A DNA stretch of 57,239 nt from Oscillospiraceae bacterium (GTDB taxonomy: Bacteria; Bacillota; Clostridia; Oscillospirales; Oscillospiraceae): positions 1 to 57,239 of the forward strand of contig JAFULI010000069.1 in the NCBI GenBank assembly GCA_017473455.1. The letters run 5' to 3'. Positions 45,388 to 53,684 of the stretch are shown in pieces. Made by a program: the position numbers and the translations under genes. Position 1 is the stretch's first letter. Each line of letters begins with the position of its first letter. The notes under the pieces were generated by a model. It ran no database searches and was not told the DNA's origin. It saw nothing but the letters and a program-made list of their open reading frames with translations.

Positions 45388-47004
45388 TCAGTGGGTCGTT
45401 GCCCAGACAATGCCGTTTTGACCAAAGGCATCGGGCATGCTGAAATAGTAGAAAGTCCCGTCCACCTCCATGCAGCCCATACTGGAAAGACCGTCGGCAT
45501 AGAAATACCAGCACTCCCCTGCCTGCGTCCATGCCGCCTGCAGTTCAGCGGCGCTGTACCACCGGGCATAGAGCGTCACATTGCCTTGGGGAACATACTC
45601 CGCTGTGACACGCTCTCCGCCCTCTGCCTGGGTATACCAGCCCAGAAATACATAGTCCGGACGTTTGGCTGTAGGGAGTGTGCCAAGAGGATATCCCTCG
45701 GGAAGCACCGTTTGGGCAGAGGAAATGGAACCACCGCCGGCATCGTAGGTAACGGTGTGAGTATTGTTCTTATTCGCAGCAACGCAAAACTCCGAAGTCC
45801 AAAGCTCCACCGTGTTCCACTCCGCCACCAGCTCTCCGGCACGAACATGGTAATTCCCTACCACCGCAGCCAGAGAATAGCGGTAGACTCCCTGAGTCAG
45901 TTTACGGAAGGTCAGGTTTCGGGAAATGGTGCTGCCGGATAGGCTGTAAACCTTGCTGTCCGCCACGTCCGTTGCACCAATGACCTGCTCCTCGGTATCG
46001 CCATCCAGTCGGTACACCTGTGCCCGAACCGTATAGATAGAATTATAATCACTGACCAAATCACCGGAAATATAGAAGGGGCTACCCTCGTTCAAAGCAG
46101 TGGGGACATTCAAATTCCGGACGGTGACATCGTCATACAAAAACTGGCGTACCTGCGCATCCTCTGCCCGGATATAGCCGCTGAATTTGCCCTCTACCCG
46201 ATACCAATATTCACCTACGGTATTCAGGCACACACCGGTAACGGTAAGCTGCTCACCGGCTGTCAGATCGCAGATCACTTTTGAGCCGCTGTCTACACCT
46301 TGTGTACAGGGCTGGCTTCTGAGCTGGGCATCCTTCAACGCAGCGGCATAAAAGCTGGCAGGATAGTCCACACACAGCTCCGTATAGGTCTTCAAGCCAA
46401 AATGAATCACACCATCAAACAGTTTGGTATTTCGGCGGTAGTATTCACAAAATTCCGCAATGCTGCAGCTGACCGGAGAACCTTCGGAATAGCGTTTGCC
46501 GTTAATCGCCAAATCGTAGCTTTCCACGAAGTATACAGTGCCATCCAGAATGGCATGGACGAACAATGAATGTCCGTACCGCTGACCACGGGAAGAGGGA
46601 GTTGCCTCAAAACCGACCAGAAGATTGTAGGCATCCACAGTACCGTTCTGGGTAATCTGGTTCAGCGCCTGCTCCAGCGTGTAGCGCTTCGCGGAGTAAG
46701 CCCGAACCCGATAGCCGCCGCTGGTCATCTCCTGATTGCAATAGGTATCGAAGCCCTCGTTGCCGTTTTGCAGGGATACCCGGGTGGTAATGCCCAGAAG
46801 GTAAATCTGGATTCCCGTCAGTGTGCCGCAGCGGCCGTCGAAGGTGGTCGTACCAAAATAGATCTGTGCTTTGCGGAAGGTCTGCTTGATCTGCTGCTTG
46901 ATATTATCAGCGGAGCTTCCCACGGCATTCACGGGAGAAACTACGCTCACCAGTAAAACCATAACCAGTAAAACGGCAAGAAGCCGGTTTCGCTTGTTAC
47001 ACAT
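45388..47004 (-). CDS. Secreted modular cell-wall protein: CHAP-like domain, SH3-like domain, InlB B-repeat, degenerate cell-wall-binding repeats
   Basis: Signal peptide; GRCG...YGHS...VES; LRSQP...WYRV; VTYDAGGG...FLGWYT...TLYARW; WYFY...YYF. Confidence 0.65.
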   Translation of the reverse strand: MCNKRNRLLAVLLVMVLLVSVVSPVNAVGSSADNIKQQIKQTFRKAQIYFGTTTFDGRCGTLTGIQIYLLGITTRVSLQNGNEGFDTYCNQEMTSGGYRVRAYSAKRYTLEQALNQITQNGTVDAYNLLVGFEATPSSRGQRYGHSLFVHAILDGTVYFVESYDLAINGKRYSEGSPVSCSIAEFCEYYRRNTKLFDGVIHFGLKTYTELCVDYPASFYAAALKDAQLRSQPCTQGVDSGSKVICDLTAGEQLTVTGVCLNTVGEYWYRVEGKFSGYIRAEDAQVRQFLYDDVTVRNLNVPTALNEGSPFYISGDLVSDYNSIYTVRAQVYRLDGDTEEQVIGATDVADSKVYSLSGSTISRNLTFRKLTQGVYRYSLAAVVGNYHVRAGELVAEWNTVELWTSEFCVAANKNNTHTVTYDAGGGSISSAQTVLPEGYPLGTLPTAKRPDYVFLGWYTQAEGGERVTAEYVPQGNVTLYARWYSAAELQAAWTQAGECWYFYADGLSSMGCMEVDGTFYYFSMPDAFGQNGIVWATTH

Positions 47005-47081
47005 GATCTACGTTTCCTTTCTTGAATTGCTGCATCCGGCAGTAATTGGAACAAAAATCCATAAGCCCGCAGTTTAAGGCA

Positions 47082-47151
47082 ATTGTACCACAGATGCAAG
47101 CAATAATCAAGGTTTTCCGTCCGAAATCATGTTTTTCCAACTTTTTCGACA
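47082..47151 (-). promoter_or_regulatory. SigA promoter of the glycopolymer operon with upstream 0A-box match
   Basis: TTGATT-N17-TACAAT (47110-47082); TGTCGAA at 47151-47145. Confidence 0.55.
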
Positions 47152-47185
47152 AAAAATACCGGAGGAATCTCTCTTCCTCCGGTAT
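47151..47185 (-). terminator. Terminator after the DUF4956 gene
   Basis: ATACCGGAGGAA/TTCCTCCGGTAT then T run. Confidence 0.75.
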
Positions 47186-47201
47186 GTTTATGGTAAGCAG
47201 C

Positions 47202-47894
47202 TTACAGGATCACCCGATCATTCTGCTCTGTCAGGGACATACTGATCTCCAGATTGCCGTTGCGGCAGCGCAGCTCATCGATGAACTGCTTTTCCGTGCC
47301 TGCCTTTTTCAGTGTCACATCGTATGTAAGGCAGTTCAGGCTTCCCAGATTGGTGGTCTTGACGGAAACCAGCGCAGCCTTGGTGGTATACTTCTCGAAC
47401 AGGTCATCAAACACCGTGGGGTAATCCAAGTCCTCCGGTACTGTGACCCGAAGCACCCGGCAGAGGGCTGCGTTCCGCCGACCGCCAAAGTTGGTCAGGG
47501 CATACAGCAGACTCATAATACACATAACCGCCGCAAAAACCAGTGCAAAGCCCGGATAACCCATGCCGCAGGCAAGTCCCACCGCCATGGCAAGGAAAAT
47601 TGCCGTGATTTCTTTCGCTGTACCGGGAGTGGAGCGGAAACGTACCAGAGAAAACGCACCTGCCACCGCCACACCGGCGCCCAGATTGCCGTTGACCAGC
47701 ATAATAACCACTGCCACCGTTGCCGGAAGCAATGCCAGCGTCACCACAAAGCTGCTGGTATGAGGCGTACGGAAGCAATAGACCAGCGCCATCACAGCAC
47801 CCAACACCAGTGCCGCCGCCACGCAGATAAAAAACACACCCATGGTAATGCCGGTGGTGGTGTCATACACCCGAAGGAAAGTAGAATCAAACAT
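47202..47894 (-). CDS. DUF4956 family membrane protein
   Basis: NGNLGAGVAVAGAFSLVRFRS, GLACGMGY, ELRCRNGNL. Confidence 0.85.
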   Translation of the reverse strand: MFDSTFLRVYDTTTGITMGVFFICVAAALVLGAVMALVYCFRTPHTSSFVVTLALLPATVAVVIMLVNGNLGAGVAVAGAFSLVRFRSTPGTAKEITAIFLAMAVGLACGMGYPGFALVFAAVMCIMSLLYALTNFGGRRNAALCRVLRVTVPEDLDYPTVFDDLFEKYTTKAALVSVKTTNLGSLNCLTYDVTLKKAGTEKQFIDELRCRNGNLEISMSLTEQNDRVIL

Positions 47895-48603
47895 ATCGGT
47901 AACCTCTTTCTTCTTGTAGTTTTTCCCGAAGCATTTCTTCGTAAGCTCTGCCGTATTTGGAGAAGGACTGCTTCCAGATGCGGTGGCGGCTCAGCAGCTC
48001 TGTCAGCCACATCGGGATTGCCCCCTCTGCCTTTACTTCCAGCAGGGATTGCTCCGGCAGCAGCAGTTCCCTACCGCCAACCGGAGAGGAAAGGCTCAAA
48101 TCATCCATACGGTATCGGATATTTCGGTCAAGGGTCATGCGAAAGCCATTGTCTTCCGGGTCGTACCACGCTTCACGCTCATAACAGAGGTAAACCCGTG
48201 GCTCCAGTGTCGGATAGTAATTTCGGAAGTAGAGCATCTCCCGGGCAATCTGGGAGTCCTCATCCGGCGGTTTGCCTTGAACAATAAACGCATAGGCATC
48301 CGCCTCCGTCATGGAAATCCGCCGCTTGTAGACAACACCCTTATACTTTTTCTTCAGTTCCAGAAACATATCCGTATCGGGGCTGGCTACACCGTAGCTT
48401 CGCAGACGGAGTTTTTCCTTGTACACAGGCTTTTCCAGAGAGCGGCGAATTAAGCGAAAGTCCGCTGTGTCATAGTAGAGGTTGCAAATTGTGCTTTTGC
48501 CGTACCGATCGGGAATCATCCTTTGGCGCAGGACTTCTTCAATCATCCGGCGCTGCTCTTCATCAATCAGAAATTTTAATTCTTTCCGACGAAAAACATT
48601 CAT
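47887..48603 (-). CDS. VTC (polyphosphate polymerase-like, CYTH) domain protein
   Basis: RKELKF, LYYDT, KLRLRSY, ELKKK, RMTLD, LEVK, FSKY. Confidence 0.88.
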   Translation of the reverse strand: MNVFRRKELKFLIDEEQRRMIEEVLRQRMIPDRYGKSTICNLYYDTADFRLIRRSLEKPVYKEKLRLRSYGVASPDTDMFLELKKKYKGVVYKRRISMTEADAYAFIVQGKPPDEDSQIAREMLYFRNYYPTLEPRVYLCYEREAWYDPEDNGFRMTLDRNIRYRMDDLSLSSPVGGRELLLPEQSLLEVKAEGAIPMWLTELLSRHRIWKQSFSKYGRAYEEMLREKLQEERGYRYV

Positions 48604-48624
48604 CTGCCCACCTCCTTATTCCAT

Positions 48625-48657
48625 ATCGTAGCACACTGTGCTGAAGTTCTACTTAAG
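48625..48657 (-). promoter_or_regulatory. Extended -10 plus 11-bp-period direct repeat (response-regulator-type site)
   Basis: CTTAAG-N5-CTTCAG upstream of TGcTACGAT. Confidence 0.4.
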
Positions 48658-48703
48658 ATAATAAATTAAAATTGTGAAATAATCAAGAACGTTTCGCTAA
48701 GTC

Positions 48704-48732
48704 TTGTACATTTTCTTTTTTTATGATATGAT
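48704..48732 (+). promoter_or_regulatory. SigA promoter of barstar-yesL-capA
   Basis: TTGTAC-N17-TATGAT with extended TG. Confidence 0.6.
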
Positions 48733-48810
48733 TGCTCCATAAAAAGCACAACGCGGTTATGCTGCCGGGATCCTTCGGCGGCGGTCACTGCGTGTTCGGA
48801 GGAATGATCT

Positions 48811-49071
48811 ATGGAACATCATATTGACTGCAGCGGCATCCATGACCCTGCAGCCCTGCACCGGGTACTGGCTGAGGTGCTTTGCTTCCCTGACTGGTAC
48901 GGGCACAATCTGGATGCTTTGTTTGACTGCCTGACCTGCGTGTCTGAGCCAACTTGTCTGGTTCTGGAAAACTGGAACCCCGACGAAAGCTGGGCAGAAG
49001 GCTTTGAAATGACCTTTCTGGATGCTCAGACAGAAAACAGTCTGCTTCAGGTCGTTCTGGAAGCAGACTAA
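48811..49071 (+). CDS. Barstar family protein
   Basis: LH..LA..L.FPDWYGHNLDALFDCL. Confidence 0.88.
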   Translation: MEHHIDCSGIHDPAALHRVLAEVLCFPDWYGHNLDALFDCLTCVSEPTCLVLENWNPDESWAEGFEMTFLDAQTENSLLQVVLEAD

Positions 49072-49096
49072 AGCCAAAAGAAAAGGACGTTAGATT

Positions 49097-49750
49097 ATGA
49101 ACACCATTCCCGGTCAAGAAAATTTTCTGTGGCGCTGGTTCAGCAAAATCGGTGACTTTTTGGGGCTGAGCCTGATTTGGCTGCTGCTGTGCATTCCGGT
49201 TTTGACCATTGCCCCTGCCAGCATTTCTTTGTACGATGCCATTGTTCACTGTGTCCACGGGGATGAAGAGGGCACCATCCGCCGTTTCTTCTCCACCTTC
49301 CGCAAGGAGCTGCTTCGGGGTCTGGGATTGAGCGTGCTTTGGCTTGTCATCTTTGGCGCATTGGGCTGCGGCTACTGGATTCTCTTCTCCATGGGCGCTC
49401 ACAATGAGGGCAAGGACTTTTACGATCTGTATTCTCTGGTTTATCTGGGAACGATGCTCATCCCTCTGGGCATACTGACCTGGGTCACCCCGGTACAGGC
49501 ACGGTTCAAGCACAGCTTCTTAAGCCTGCACAAAACTGCCGCGATTTACGCCATCGCGCACCTTCCCACCACCTTGCTTTTGTGGGTAATCGTTTTGATT
49601 GCCGCGGCTCTGGTTTATTTTCTGTCACCGGTGCTGCTGGTGCTGCTGCCCGGTATTGTGGTCACCGTGCAAAGCTGGCTGATTGAGAAGGTATTCAAGA
49701 AGTATATCATTGAAGAAGAACCCAAAGAGGTATCAAATGGACAATTCTGA
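49097..49750 (+). CDS. YesL/DUF624 membrane protein
   Basis: LIWLLLCIPVLTIAPA...FFSTFRKE...QARF. Confidence 0.8.
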   Translation: MNTIPGQENFLWRWFSKIGDFLGLSLIWLLLCIPVLTIAPASISLYDAIVHCVHGDEEGTIRRFFSTFRKELLRGLGLSVLWLVIFGALGCGYWILFSMGAHNEGKDFYDLYSLVYLGTMLIPLGILTWVTPVQARFKHSFLSLHKTAAIYAIAHLPTTLLLWVIVLIAAALVYFLSPVLLVLLPGIVVTVQSWLIEKVFKKYIIEEEPKEVSNGQF

Positions 49751-51014
49751 AATCCGCCGGCGGCAGCAAAAACGTCGCATTGATCGGAAAAAACGGCAGG
49801 AGCGGCAGAAGAAGCTCCGCAGGCGGCTCTTTTGGGGCTCTGCCGCGGCAGTGCTTCTGGCAGCGCTGGTGATCACCGTATTCCTGCTGGCAGACTATAT
49901 CAATCAGCCCCCTGCCCCGGGTGAGGATACGCCCGGGCAAACCTCCCCTCAGGCAAGTCAGGAACAGACCGTTATCAACCTTGCTTTCGGCGGCGATTTG
50001 AACGTTACCGACAAGGTCATCACAGCAGGCTCTGCCGGGGATGGCTACGACTACACCGACATCTTCACCGACATCCTCCCTTTGCTTGCCGGAGCGGACG
50101 GTTCGGCGGTGAATTTTGAGGGCGATCTCTGCGGCGCTCCCTACGGCACCCAGGATACCCGTGCCCCTCAGGCATTGGCAGATGCTCTGTCGGATGCCGG
50201 AGTGGATTATCTCCAGATGGCAAACTCCTGCGCTCTGAACAACGGTCTGCTGGGTCTGCAGTCGACTCTGGAGAATATCCGCAAAGCAGGTCTGGAGCCG
50301 GTAGGCGCTTTCGCTGACAAGTCGGATTTTACTAAGCACAAGGGCTTTACCCTGCGGAGTATCCATGGGGTTAAGGTTGCCTTTGTTGCCTTTACCAAGG
50401 GTATGGACAGTTTGAGTCTTCCTGCCGGCAGCGAAGATTGTGTAAATCTTTTATACACCGACTATACCAGCACTTATCAGGATGTTGACACCGAAGGAAT
50501 TACAAAGATCCTGAAGGATGTTGCTGCGGAAAAACCGGATGTGACTGTTGCGCTGGTTCACTGGGGCAGCGAATACAACCGCCAAATCAGCGGCACTCAG
50601 GAGAAAATCGCAAAGCTGATGCAGCAGCAAGGGGTGGATGCCATCATCGGAACCCACTCCCACTACGTTCAGAAGCTCAGCTATGACCCGAAAGCCGGAA
50701 CGGTGGTAGCATACTCTCTGGGTGATTTTCTGGGAGACGGAGAAAAAAGCGGAACCGCTTACTCCATCGTGCTGAATTTGGAGTTTACAAAAAACAACGC
50801 CACCGGTGAAACCAAGCTCACCGACTGCCGCTGGGATCCCATCTACACCACCAGCTTTGAAAATGACGGGGTTGCCCGGATGCAAATTCTGCAAATCCGC
50901 CCGGCAATCGCCCGATACGAAGCCGACGGCATTAACAAAGTATCGGAAGAAACCTACACCGCCATGAAATCCGCCCTTTCCAAGCTGGAAGCAACTCTGT
51001 CTGAAGAAGAATAA
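49737..51014 (+). CDS. CapA family metallophosphoesterase-fold protein, N-terminally anchored
   Basis: AFGGD, NFEG, HWGSEY, IIGTHSH, YSLGDF; usual ANNH reads MANS. Confidence 0.85.
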   Translation: MDNSEIRRRQQKRRIDRKKRQERQKKLRRRLFWGSAAAVLLAALVITVFLLADYINQPPAPGEDTPGQTSPQASQEQTVINLAFGGDLNVTDKVITAGSAGDGYDYTDIFTDILPLLAGADGSAVNFEGDLCGAPYGTQDTRAPQALADALSDAGVDYLQMANSCALNNGLLGLQSTLENIRKAGLEPVGAFADKSDFTKHKGFTLRSIHGVKVAFVAFTKGMDSLSLPAGSEDCVNLLYTDYTSTYQDVDTEGITKILKDVAAEKPDVTVALVHWGSEYNRQISGTQEKIAKLMQQQGVDAIIGTHSHYVQKLSYDPKAGTVVAYSLGDFLGDGEKSGTAYSIVLNLEFTKNNATGETKLTDCRWDPIYTTSFENDGVARMQILQIRPAIARYEADGINKVSEETYTAMKSALSKLEATLSEEE

Positions 51015-51016
51015 GC

Positions 51017-51059
51017 AAAACCGCTGTGGTATCTTTTGTTTCGGATACCACAGCGGTTT
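51017..51059. terminator. Bidirectional terminator capA / acs cluster
   Basis: AAACCGCTGTGGTATC/GATACCACAGCGGTTT. Confidence 0.8.
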
Positions 51060-51062
51060 CTG

Positions 51063-51670
51063 TTACATATTGGATTTGACGGTGGAAATCAGGATATCTC
51101 CGGCAACCACCCGATCTTCGGCAGCGAAGGCTTCGGCAAAATTGTCGGAATAGAGCACCTGTGCATTGGGAGGAAATTCATCGTCCCCTTCCCAGACCAG
51201 AATTTGCATTTTGCAGTTTCCAATCAGAGTGAACTCATAACCTGCGTCACCGTGTTTTACAGCTCTTGCGCCCATTTTTCTGCGGCATTACGGAAAGCAG
51301 TCAGCCGTGTGCCAAAAGTAAAGGCTGCACGGGTCAGCACTCTGCCGGTATAGGGCTTGATGTACATCTCCCCCCAAGGCATTTCCCGGAAGGTCTTCCA
51401 TTCCCCTGCCCATGCCACTTCCTTACTCTCCATCAGGTAACGCAGAAGGAAGGTCTGCACCGGCAGCGGCGGAAGCACTCCGCCATCCAAAGCCCGCAGG
51501 GCATAGACCGGGTGGGAAATGGCATATTCTCTGCCTAAAAGGTTTACATAAAATTCTTTTCCATCCCACTTCACGCCGGTACGCTCTGCAGCTTCCTCCG
51601 GCACAAGGGTGGAAAACCGCTCCTCATAATGGGCGAAGGGTACTTCTTCTTTGTGATTTTCGATTTGCAT
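51063..51670 (-). pseudogene. DUF3786 family gene, frameshifted in an A run (or assembly error)
   Basis: LLRYL...FREMPWG half and WEGDDEFPP...FAAED half join if GAAAAATG (run 51275-51279) has one more A. Confidence 0.75.
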
Positions 51671-51686
51671 AGTGTTCCTCTTTTGA

Positions 51687-53609
51687 TTATTCTTGCCGGC
51701 TGCTGGGGAACAGTCCGGCATCGGTATGGGGCAGGAAGCAGGCAGCTACAAAAGAATCCATGTAGCCGGGATAGGTACTCAGCTCCAGATAGGTCATATT
51801 CGCCGCCACTTCGGAAGTCTTTTGTGCCGCATCCTCGCTGATGACCATGGCATAGGCGCCCGTCAGGGAGGAATTTCCGATGTAGCTGTACTTCTCCAGT
51901 TCCACGTCCGGGAACATACCGATATTTACGGCATTTTTCATATTGATACCGCTGCCGATGCCACCGGCAACGTACACATGGTCGATGCACTCCGGGGTCA
52001 TGTCCACGCTCCGAAGCAGCGTATCGATGGCAGAGAAAATCGCACCCTTGGCACGGATGAAATTATCGATATCCACCTCGTTGATGGCGATTTCCCTGCC
52101 GGTTTCACTTTCGGCAGCGGCAGCAAGGACGTAACGTCCCATGCCGTGGTCATCCCGCTTCACCCGCTCCCCTTCCCGAACAAACAGGCCTCTGGCATTG
52201 ATGATGCCGCAGCGGAACAGTTCGGAAATAATATCGATGATGCCTGAGCCGCAGATACCCACGGGCTTCTGCCCCGGGTCACCCACAATGGTCAAAGAGG
52301 GTGTCATAGTCGTTTTATCGATGACGCAGGCTTCAATGGCACCGTCGGTGGCACGCATACCGCAGGAAATGTCGCCGCCTTCAAAGGCAGGCCCGGCGGA
52401 GCAGGCGCAGCTCATCAGGAAATCCCGATTGCCGAAAACCAGCTCGCCATTGGTACCCAAATCGATGAACAGACTCATTTCATCCTTATCCCAAATGCCG
52501 GATGCCAGCGTACCTGCAGTGATATCACCGCCGACGTAAGAGCCGATATTCGGCGCAATCAGAACCTTCGCCAGAGGGTTGGCAGGCAGTTTCAGGTCGG
52601 ATGCCAGCAAATCCTCCCAACCGAAGAAGCTGGGAATATAGGGGTCCATTCGGATGGGGTCGGCATCCACTCCCACCAGCAGATGGTTCATGGTGGTATT
52701 GGCACCGATGGCAAGTCTCAGGATGCTCATAGGCGATACCCCTGCCGTTTTGCACAGATTGGCGATGATGGGAGTCAGGGTTTCTTTGATGATGGCATCC
52801 TGGAGCTTTTTCCTTCCTCCGGGACGGGACTGCTCAATAATACGGTTGATAACATCCGCACCGTAGCGGATCTGACCGTTACCGGAAGAGCCTTTGGCAA
52901 GGAGCTTGCCGGTTTTCAGATCTGTGAGTACCATGGTCACGGTGGTGGTACCAATATCGATGGCGCAGCCGCAAAGCACCGTATCCTCAGGAGCGCAGAT
53001 ATCCATGCACACGAAGGTATCTCTCTGATGCAAGCCCTTGACACAGACATGGAAATTCTGCTCTCTCAAAGTCGATGCCAGCTTTTTCATTACGCAGAAA
53101 GGCACTCGGACGGTATCCACCTCAATAACCGACTGTACCCCCCAAATCAGGCGCTCCACATCCGGCATGGTATCTTCCGGAGAGGGCGGGGACATTTCCA
53201 CATCCAATGCCAGAAAATCATTATCAAATTGGATTCCACTTTCCTTCAGGGAATTCTGGCAATCCTCGAAAATGGCGATTTCCTTGGGGCTGCTCAGGTC
53301 GGCAGTCTTCATCCGGGATTGGTAGGCAGAGGCGATATCCGGCACCAGAACAGTACAGTCCCCCACCACCTTGCAGTTACAGCTCAGCCGCCAGCCCTGG
53401 GCATATTCCTCCTCAGAGATATGACGGCTTTTGATGGTCTCCAGCTCCCCTTCCAGAAGTTGGACACGGCATTTTCCGCAAGAACCATTGCCGGAACAAG
53501 GGGCATCGATGGCGACATTCGCCCGACGTGCCAGCTCCAGCAGGTTGTCCCCGGCATTACATTCTATACTTACAGAGCTTCCGCCCTCGATTTGGAAGGT
53601 TACTTTCAT
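51687..53609 (-). CDS. acsV: Corrinoid reductive activator RACo/AcsV (2Fe-2S plus ASKHA)
   Basis: CSGNGSCGKC...RLSC, AIDIGTTT, YGADVINRI, IDLGTNGE, AGPAFEG, GICGSG. Confidence 0.9.
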   Translation of the reverse strand: MKVTFQIEGGSSVSIECNAGDNLLELARRANVAIDAPCSGNGSCGKCRVQLLEGELETIKSRHISEEEYAQGWRLSCNCKVVGDCTVLVPDIASAYQSRMKTADLSSPKEIAIFEDCQNSLKESGIQFDNDFLALDVEMSPPSPEDTMPDVERLIWGVQSVIEVDTVRVPFCVMKKLASTLREQNFHVCVKGLHQRDTFVCMDICAPEDTVLCGCAIDIGTTTVTMVLTDLKTGKLLAKGSSGNGQIRYGADVINRIIEQSRPGGRKKLQDAIIKETLTPIIANLCKTAGVSPMSILRLAIGANTTMNHLLVGVDADPIRMDPYIPSFFGWEDLLASDLKLPANPLAKVLIAPNIGSYVGGDITAGTLASGIWDKDEMSLFIDLGTNGELVFGNRDFLMSCACSAGPAFEGGDISCGMRATDGAIEACVIDKTTMTPSLTIVGDPGQKPVGICGSGIIDIISELFRCGIINARGLFVREGERVKRDDHGMGRYVLAAAAESETGREIAINEVDIDNFIRAKGAIFSAIDTLLRSVDMTPECIDHVYVAGGIGSGINMKNAVNIGMFPDVELEKYSYIGNSSLTGAYAMVISEDAAQKTSEVAANMTYLELSTYPGYMDSFVAACFLPHTDAGLFPSSRQE

Positions 53610-53644
53610 ATTACGGGATCCTTTCGGGTCTGATTTACTTTGTG

Positions 53645-53674
53645 CCGCCCCGGAGGAATGCTCCACCGGGGCGG
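53645..53674 (-). terminator. Hairpin between acsB and acsV
   Basis: CCGCCCCGG/CCGGGGCGG, no T tail. Confidence 0.45.
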
Positions 53675-53684
53675 TTTGATTGGA

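Noticed and set aside
49737-51014. Poly-gamma-glutamate capsule operon
   Set aside because: capB and capC are absent; stand-alone CapA-domain genes are common
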